Origin: Gemmatimonadaceae bacterium
GTDB taxonomy: Bacteria; Gemmatimonadota; Gemmatimonadetes; Gemmatimonadales; Gemmatimonadaceae
Assembly (NCBI GenBank): GCA_040004455.1
Contig: JBDUAX010000001.1
Span: 1 to 39,069 of the forward strand
DNA: 39,069 bases
Direction of reading: 5' to 3'
Shown: one piece after another, positions 32,203-39,069 of the stretch
Layout: each line of letters starts with the position of its first letter
Numbering within the stretch: position 1 is the stretch's first letter
The notes under the pieces: generated by a model
What the model was told of the DNA's origin: nothing
Database searches by the model: none
What the model saw: the letters and a program-made list of their open reading frames with translations, nothing else
Position numbers and translations under genes: made by a program

Positions 32203-32931
32203 CTAGCGAAACGCCGCCAGACAACCACGCGCACCGTTCTTGTATCCAACATTGAAGTTCGACTGGCGTTGCTCGCGCGTACCATGCCCGAGATAGTGCA
32301 CGCGGAGCGCAATACGCGAGTCAATGCGCCTGTCACCCGTGTATTCGGGCGTAGGATCACCCGCTGCAGCAAGCCCGAAAAATACTTCTTCGAGATCGCC
32401 TTTTTCGAGACTGCCGTCCTTCTCACTCTGATTGGTGAACGCACCCGCGAGACAGTCAGCTGTCGACTCGTTTTCGTACGGAATGTCCGACTCCTCGCCC
32501 AACTGCGCTTGCACTGCATGCCCCATTTCGTGCGCGATGATTCCTACCGACGCCATATCACCATCCGTCCCGAGTTTTGCCGCTGCGGCCTTCGCCTGGA
32601 GTGCAACGAAAATGTCGTCGTAGTAAATCGTGTTGCGAATGGGACAATACATGGCGTTGTTCGCCTGCATGACTCCGCACGACGTAGCGACGGTTCCGCG
32701 GTACCGAACAATTGAGGGCTGCTCGAAGCGCACGCCGAGCTGTTTGAAGTTCGTATTCCACATACTGACAAGCGCGGTGTACGCCATCGCGACTTTCTCG
32801 TTGGACGCCGTCACTTCGCGTTCTGTAATTCGCCTGATCTCGGGGTCGGGCGCGGGTGCCGCTGCCGTCGAGACCGCGAACAATATCGTGAGCCCGGCTA
32901 CGCGAGTCCATCGTGCGTTGCTCGTGTGCAA
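32203..32931 (-). CDS. secreted neutral zinc metallopeptidase (YpfJ/Zn_peptidase-like)
   Basis: GGAGGT RBS before TTG 32931 and a signal-peptide-like N-terminus; TSCG, NAMYCP...IYYD, IAHEMGHAVQ, E..ADCLAG, GD and HGT.EQR...F..GY. Confidence 0.88.
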   Translation of the reverse strand: MHTSNARWTRVAGLTILFAVSTAAAPAPDPEIRRITEREVTASNEKVAMAYTALVSMWNTNFKQLGVRFEQPSIVRYRGTVATSCGVMQANNAMYCPIRNTIYYDDIFVALQAKAAAAKLGTDGDMASVGIIAHEMGHAVQAQLGEESDIPYENESTADCLAGAFTNQSEKDGSLEKGDLEEVFFGLAAAGDPTPEYTGDRRIDSRIALRVHYLGHGTREQRQSNFNVGYKNGARGCLAAFR

Positions 32932-32998
32932 TTGTGTACCTCCGTGACACAAGATACCGTTCGCTCTCGCAATTGTTCCTTTGTCACATTTCGGATAC

Positions 32999-34339
32999 TC
33001 AATCGAGCAGCGTATGCTCGTTTGAATTGCATTTGTTAATAGAACTGCCTTCAATCCACCCACCGGTAAATCCGGCAGCGCGCAGTCCCGCGACGATGTG
33101 AGAATTCGCGCGCAGCAGATTCCAGATCAGCCCCGAGCGATAGTTCTCGATCATCAGCACAATCGGGCCTTGATTCAGGCCGCAATGATACGGAGACACC
33201 CATCCATCAGGCGAACCATCTCTTGAAGGGAAGGACGGGTTGTACGTTGTGCGTAGCCCGTAGCGCAGTGAGGCGTCGTTTCGACGTCGCCACAGCTGCG
33301 TCATCGTCGGCAGCACAATTTCCGGCGCAAACGGAAGCGAGGCAATCACCCCCCACGGAGCGACCGTTCCGTCATCGGGACCATCAGGCACTCCGCGCGC
33401 GAGATATCCAAAGAATTCACGAGCGACATCGCCAAGCCGAAGCACGATGTCGCCCGGTCCGTTGCACGCGGTGATGCCCCAGCAGTCGGCGCCGTACCCT
33501 GCCCAGCGTTGCGGATTGCGGACGGCATACTGTTGTTGCACCACCGTGGCGCGTCGGCTGTTCTCGAAATAGTCGAGATCATGCTCGCGCATGAACGCGT
33601 CGCGAATGCCGCGGAAGTCAATCCACACGTGCGACAACTGATGGATGAACAGCGGTCCGGCAAACAGGTACGATGTTTCGTAAACCGCTCGCCATTCGTA
33701 CGTTGACGCCCACGCAGTGTAGCTATCGGAGGAGATGGCATGCGTCGTCGACCCCAGTGCGAGCACATACAGCACCATCGCTTCGTCGTAACCCTGCCAC
33801 CGATACGGTAGAAATCCGCTTTCCGGTTTCCATCCATGGGTCAATGTCAAACCGCCATTCAATGCCCACTGCCAGTCGACGCGCGCATACAGACGTTCGG
33901 CCAGTTCGCGAATTTCGTTTTCCGTTTCATTGTCCTCGTCGAAGTAGGCGGCGGCTGTCAGCAAGCCGGCAATCAGCAACGCGGAATCGACTGTCGAGAG
34001 CTCCGAATTCCACGTGCGTGCACCGGTCTGCATATCAAGAAAGTGGTAGTAGAAACCACGGAAGCCCGTCGCGTCTGGCTCTGGTCCTTGTTTGCTTCCC
34101 CAGAAGAAACGCATCGTTGTCAGTACGCGATGGGCCGCTTCCGTGCGCGTCATGAATCCGCGTTCCACCGCAGGTGGGTAGGCCGTGAGCCCGAGTCCGA
34201 CCGCGGCAATGCTTGAAGGTGCGCCGACGGTCGTCGTATCGATGACCAGTCCGTTCTCCGGATTCGTTTCGTGCGCGAAGTAGGCAAAGGCCCGCTGCTG
34301 CAGGTCGTCGAGCATCGGATCCAACGGATCGCGGTTCAT
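32999..34339 (-). CDS. glycoamylase-domain protein (GH144-like, putative beta-1,2-glucanase)
   Basis: AF.YF..E.NP.NGLV.D, SIAAVG.GL, GF.YHFLDM.TG.R...SELST.DSA, W.GYDEA, GPLFIHQLSH.W.DFRGI.D and G.NQGPI.LMIENYRSG. Confidence 0.88.
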   Translation of the reverse strand: MNRDPLDPMLDDLQQRAFAYFAHETNPENGLVIDTTTVGAPSSIAAVGLGLTAYPPAVERGFMTRTEAAHRVLTTMRFFWGSKQGPEPDATGFRGFYYHFLDMQTGARTWNSELSTVDSALLIAGLLTAAAYFDEDNETENEIRELAERLYARVDWQWALNGGLTLTHGWKPESGFLPYRWQGYDEAMVLYVLALGSTTHAISSDSYTAWASTYEWRAVYETSYLFAGPLFIHQLSHVWIDFRGIRDAFMREHDLDYFENSRRATVVQQQYAVRNPQRWAGYGADCWGITACNGPGDIVLRLGDVAREFFGYLARGVPDGPDDGTVAPWGVIASLPFAPEIVLPTMTQLWRRRNDASLRYGLRTTYNPSFPSRDGSPDGWVSPYHCGLNQGPIVLMIENYRSGLIWNLLRANSHIVAGLRAAGFTGGWIEGSSINKCNSNEHTLLD

Positions 34340-35583
34340 ACGGGTCCGGTGTTCTTCGCTCTACTACCAGGCGTGAACTGCGTCATGGATGCATCGGTTC
34401 TTGCCAGAACACCGCAGACGTCACGCGCGATCATCAATTCTTCGTCAGTGCGAATCACGCGCACGGAGACGCTGCTCGTAGCGACGGAAATCACGGAATC
34501 GTTCGCGGCATTTCGTTCGGCATCGACGTCCATTCCGAGAAATTCGAGTCCGTCGCAGATGCGCTCACGAATGACGGATGCGCTCTCGCCAATGCCGCCG
34601 CTGAACACCAACGTGTCCAGCCCGCCCAGCGCGGCCGCGAACGATCCGATGCACTTTTTCGACTGATAACAGAACAGCTGCACCGCTTCTGCAGCACGGA
34701 CGTCGCTCTGTTCCTGCGCCAGCAAGTCGCGCATGTCAGAGCTGATTTCCGAAACGCCTAGCAGTCCTGATTCATGGTTGACCATCTTTTGAAATCCCGA
34801 GGTCGACATGTGCTCAGCGCGCGCGAGATAGCTGACCAATCCCGGATCGAGATCGCCGGAACGCGTGCTCATGGGTAAACCTGAAGCAGGGGTGAAACCC
34901 ATGCTGGTATCGATGCCCTGCGCGTTGCGCACAGCTGCCATACTGGCGCCATTGCCAAGATGCGCGAGAATCACGCGGCCATTCGTTGCGGCGGGATCGC
35001 CGAGGCGTGCGAGTTCGTGCAACAGGTACGCGTAAGACAAGCCATGAAAACCGTACCGCCGCACGCCCTGTGCCTGGTAACGTCGCGGAATCGCCAGCAG
35101 TTTTGCAACCCGCGGCATCTCGTGGTGAAACGCAGTGTCGAAACACGCGACTTGCGCCAGCTCTGGATAACGTTGGCGAAACGATTCGATCAGTTCAATT
35201 TCGCCCGGAAGGTGTTCAGGATCGAATGGTGTGATGCGATGTAGTTCTTCGAGCAACTCTGAGGTGATCACTTCGGGCTGGAAATGGTGCATGCCCTGGA
35301 CCACGCGATGTCCGACCGCTTTTAGCGAATCGAAATCGATCCGTTTCTCCAGCCACGCAGTCAGAAACGCGGCAGTCGATTGGCGCGCGCTGCTGTCCAC
35401 CCCGCAACTCTGCTGTGGGCCACCGTCGGAATCGGCGAAGGTCAAGGTGGTGCTTCCCGATCCGGTACGATCAATTTTTCCGTGCAGCGTGCGCTGCAGC
35501 GATTCGCTGGCCTCGTACAGGGCGAACTTGATGCTCGATGATCCGCCATTGATTGTCAGGACGCGATGGATGGGTCGCTTCAT
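34336..35583 (-). CDS. ackA: acetate kinase
   Basis: LTINGGSSSIKF, VGHRVV.G, CFDTAFH, RRYGFHGLSY, HLGNGAS, TRSGDLDPG, FSGGIGE and TDEE. The start is placed at ATG 35583. Confidence 0.95.
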   Translation of the reverse strand: MKRPIHRVLTINGGSSSIKFALYEASESLQRTLHGKIDRTGSGSTTLTFADSDGGPQQSCGVDSSARQSTAAFLTAWLEKRIDFDSLKAVGHRVVQGMHHFQPEVITSELLEELHRITPFDPEHLPGEIELIESFRQRYPELAQVACFDTAFHHEMPRVAKLLAIPRRYQAQGVRRYGFHGLSYAYLLHELARLGDPAATNGRVILAHLGNGASMAAVRNAQGIDTSMGFTPASGLPMSTRSGDLDPGLVSYLARAEHMSTSGFQKMVNHESGLLGVSEISSDMRDLLAQEQSDVRAAEAVQLFCYQSKKCIGSFAAALGGLDTLVFSGGIGESASVIRERICDGLEFLGMDVDAERNAANDSVISVATSSVSVRVIRTDEELMIARDVCGVLARTDASMTQFTPGSRAKNTGPV

Positions 35584-35599
35584 CGTACACAGTTGGTAA

Positions 35600-36262
35600 C
35601 TACCACAACCCAAGCGCCTTCAATTGCACGCGTGTGCTGTCACAATCCGTGTGCACGATACCCGGTATGCCCATACGTTCTGCGATCTGAACAAAAAGCG
35701 CGGTGTTTTCAAGATAGACGATCTGGTTTGCCGGTGTCTGCGCGATGTCCAACGCCAGCTTGAAGATATCCGGATCCGGTTTGCGCAGATGGACGTAACA
35801 CGAAGAAACGAAGGCATCGACAAAGTCGACCAGGTGGAACGTGTGAATGCGATAGTCGTTCAACTCGCGTGCTTCGTTACTCAGCACAATAACTTTCAAT
35901 CCATACTTCGCCTTGAGACTTCGAACCAGTTCTATCGTGTCCGTGTGCGCCCGGGACTGCGCGAACATGAATTCGCGAAACTGCGTCCGCGTAAACGATC
36001 GTTGTTCGAAGAACACGACCCACGCCAGATAATCGTCCAACGTGAGCTTGCCTTGTTCATAGGTATCAAACACCGTTCGATGTCGTTCTTCCATTCCGCC
36101 GAAATTCAAATGAAACGTTTCGGCGGCGAGCTGCCGCGACGCGGTTTGCCAACCGTCAGTGAGCAGCACGCCACCAATGTCGACGAACAGCGTTCGTATT
36201 GGTGGTTGCCGTGTTGGCTCGGGCGAGACGTGAGCCAGTTCGACCTTGTCCGCATGATTCAC
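35600..36262 (-). CDS. HAD family phosphatase (subfamily IA, YihX-like)
   Basis: LFVDIGGVL (motif I), LSN, RKPDPDIF and motif IV as YLEN. The start is uncertain (GTG 36262 or 36289). Confidence 0.88.
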   Translation of the reverse strand: MNHADKVELAHVSPEPTRQPPIRTLFVDIGGVLLTDGWQTASRQLAAETFHLNFGGMEERHRTVFDTYEQGKLTLDDYLAWVVFFEQRSFTRTQFREFMFAQSRAHTDTIELVRSLKAKYGLKVIVLSNEARELNDYRIHTFHLVDFVDAFVSSCYVHLRKPDPDIFKLALDIAQTPANQIVYLENTALFVQIAERMGIPGIVHTDCDSTRVQLKALGLW

Positions 36263-36403
36263 TTGTCTATCTTCCGCCCCGGAAAACACAAAGGAGCGAA
36301 GGGCGCGACTCCGTATCGTCTATGTCCCTGACAAGCCGACGATTTCTCAAATCGGGGAACAGCGCGCCATGGCTGCGACATTGGATTGGATGAATCGGAG
36401 TAT

Positions 36404-38655
36404 TCAAAGTGCAATCCTGCGCAGCCGCAACGCGTTTCCTATCACCGAAACAGAACTCAAGCTCATGGCTGCCCCTGCAATCATGGGACTAAGCAACCAA
36501 CCAAACAGCGGGTACAACGCGCCCGCTGCCAGTGGCACGCCAAGTGCGTTGTAAAGAAACGCAAACCACAAATTCTGCCGAATGTTTTGCATCGTGCCCC
36601 GACTCAGGCGAATCGCCTGCGCAATGCCGCGCAAATCACCACGCACCAGCGTAATGCCAGCACTCTGCATAGCGACTTCGGTTCCTGTCCCCATCGCGAT
36701 ACCCACTTCAGCTTCGCTCAGCGCCGGCGCGTCGTTGATACCATCACCCGCCATCGCCACATGCTTACCCTCGGCGCGCAACTTTTTCACATGCGCCACC
36801 TTCCCTGCCGGTTCAATTTCTGCTTCTACCGAATCGAGTCCGAGCTGAGTAGCTACGGCGGCGGCTGTTCGCCGGTTGTCGCCAGTGAGCATGACCAGCT
36901 GGAGTCCCAACGCATGAAGTTCGCGAATGGCTTCGGCAGTGGTGGACTTGATTGGATCGGCCACTGAGACGATGCCGGCGGGTTTGCCATCGATCGCCAC
37001 AAACATCACGGTTTGTGCGGACTCCTGCAGTTTCACGGAGGTCGCTTCCAATGCTTCGATTCCGGTCACGCCTTCATCGCGAAGGAAATCCGGTTTGCCA
37101 ATCATGACGCGACGTCCGGAGACGACTCCCGCTACTCCACCACCAGTGACCGAGCGAAAATCATTGACTGTCGCGAAGGACACCTCGCGATCCTTTCCAC
37201 CCTGCACAATCGCCGCGGCCAGTGGGTGTTCGCTGTTTTGCTCCAATGATGCAACCAGTCCGAGAAATTCTTTCAACTCGAGCCCATCAGCAGGGGAGAC
37301 ATCCATGAGCTTGGGTTTTCCCTCGGTCAACGTGCCGGTCTTGTCAATCACTAGTGTGTTGACCTTCTCCAATCGCTCGAGCGCTTCCGCGTTTTTCACG
37401 AGTACGCCTTCGCGCGCGCCGCGCCCGATTCCAACCATGATCGACATCGGTGTGGCGAGTCCAAGTGCGCACGGGCACGCGATAATCAACACGGCCACGG
37501 CGTTGACAATGGCGTGCGCAAATTTCGGATCGGGCCCAATCCACATCCAGACAACAAAGGTGAGCACTGCAACGGCCAGCACCGCCGGTACAAAGATGCT
37601 GGCAACGCGATCAGCGAGCCCCTGAATTGGGGCACGGCTGCGTTGCGCGTCGGCCACCATGTTCACAATCTGGCCCAGCAACGTATCCGTTCCCACACGC
37701 TCGGCCCGCATTACGAAACTCCCGGTGCCGTTCACCGTTCCGCCCGTCACCTTGTCACCCACATTTTTTTCAACCGGAATGGGCTCGCCGGTAATCATGG
37801 ATTCTTCGACGCTGGAATGGCCATCAATCAGCGTGCCGTCCACCGGCACTTTGTCGCCGGGAACCACCCGCAACGAATCGCCCACTCGCACGTCATCCAC
37901 GCCGCAAGCGCTCGCACTTCATCCAGCGAGATTTCTTTATCGCCGGATGCTGTTACGCGACGCGCTGTTGGTGGCGCGAGATTGAGCAACGCTTTTATCG
38001 CGCTTCCTGTTCGGCTGCGCGCGCGCAGTTCGAGCACCTGACCGAGCAGCACCAACACGATGATAACAGCGGCCGCCTCGAAGTAGATCGGAACATGCCC
38101 CATCTCCCGCATCGATTCCGGAAAGATACCGGGTATCAACATTGCCACGACGCTGAACGTGTAGGCGGCGCCCACACCGATGGAGATGAGCGTGAACATG
38201 TTCAGCCGACGCGAAACGATGGAGCGCCAACCGCGTCTGAAAAATGTCCAACCAGCCCACCAGACCACGGGCGTCGTCAGCGCGAACTGCGTCCAGCGCG
38301 ACCCATCGCTCATGATCCACGACTGCCGCGCGAGCGCCGGGACCAGGTGCGCCATTGCCAGGAGGAACACCGGCAACGCTAATACGGCACCAATGCTGAA
38401 ACGCCGCGTCATGTCGCGCAGCTCGGTGTTATCGGGGGCGGCATCGCCACTCGGTGCTGTCTTCAATTCGAGCGTCATGCCACAAATCGGGCAGTCGCCG
38501 GGGTGATCCTGCTGCACCTGCGGGTGCATGGGGCACGTGTAGATGGGTGCCGCGGGGGACGGAGTTACGACGCCATTCTTCGGGCCACCGGCGCGCTGGC
38601 GATCACCGACGGCGTGATCGATTTCGACAGCGTCCGATGGAATCACGTTACTCAC
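36404..38655 (-). pseudogene. copA: Cu(I)/Ag(I) P1B-type ATPase, frameshifted by a 26-bp insertion near 37900
   Basis: The 5' part has YTCPMHP..PG.CPICGM, NMFTLI and YFEAAA. The 3' part has [26 protein letters not shown] and MSLSS. The two halves are in different frames across a duplicated 15-mer. Confidence 0.9.
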
Positions 38656-38816
38656 ACCGATTTGGTTGCGTATTTGTCGGGTTCAGCATCGAACTTCGTC
38701 TTACACGCCGTGCTGCAAAAATAGTATGTCTGTCCTTTGTATTCGGTGTGTGCAGCGGCGTCCGCCGTTTCGATGGACATTCCGCACACGGGATCCTTCA
38801 TGGAAGTCGCGCTCAT
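38652..38816 (-). CDS. YHS domain protein (54 aa), not in the ORF track
   Basis: GAGGA RBS; MSATSMKDPVCGMSIETADAAAHTEYKGQTYYFCSTACKTKFDAEPDKYATKSV; its stop overlaps the copA GTG (GTGA). Confidence 0.93.
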   Translation of the reverse strand: MSATSMKDPVCGMSIETADAAAHTEYKGQTYYFCSTACKTKFDAEPDKYATKSV

Positions 38817-39069
38817 TCGGGGTTTCCTCGATTCAGAAGTTGCTTGACACGGCAGTGTTGCCGCATCCGGTCTGTAGTTACGACGGAACGCACGGTGTCA
38901 GGCGCCCGAATTGCTTCGATCGCGCGCCTCGTCGCGGTTGCCGAAACGCTTCGCTGTTTTGCGCCTTGCGAATCGTGCCTATGAGCGCTAGCACAATACC
39001 GGCGCCAGCAACAGCTTGCATGTGCACTTCAACAATGGGATTTTTCGGTTGTGCATCACATCGAGATGG

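Noticed and set aside
38878-39021. 47-aa minus-strand ORF (MQAVAGAGIVLALIG...) upstream of YHS
   Set aside because: No clear RBS or recognisable family; more likely promoter region.

Overview
GC-rich bacterial DNA, possibly Gemmatimonadota (weak inference from the USP-DUF5335 architecture). It has two parts separated by a 3'-half tRNA-Pro(CGG) att-like fragment at 4555-4600. Left (1-4554) is the likely end of a tRNA-integrated island: an AAA+/DUF234-type ATPase, a 22-bp tandem repeat, orphan ORFs including an HTH plus zinc-ribbon protein, and two tandem YubB/DUF1281-like paralogues. Right (about 5.1-39 kb, almost all minus strand) is an energy/stress cluster. It carries YHS and a frameshifted CopA, a HAD phosphatase, ackA, a GH144-like glycoamylase and a Zn peptidase. 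These are followed by a 19-gene, about 22 kb tightly coupled run: GH94 phosphorylase, DUF2090 aldolase, pgm, rpiA, tal, pgi, tkt, xfp, a small membrane protein, ppk2 and a complete Na+-type N-ATPase operon (atpDCQRBEFAG). A USP and a Tat-signal Acg-type nitroreductase come last. The lead hypothesis is a natural, redox-neutral glucan -> acetyl-P -> ATP -> Na+-pumping survival module resembling non-oxidative glycolysis. Several peripheral genes are pseudogenes. All assignments are by motif recognition; no database searches were run.
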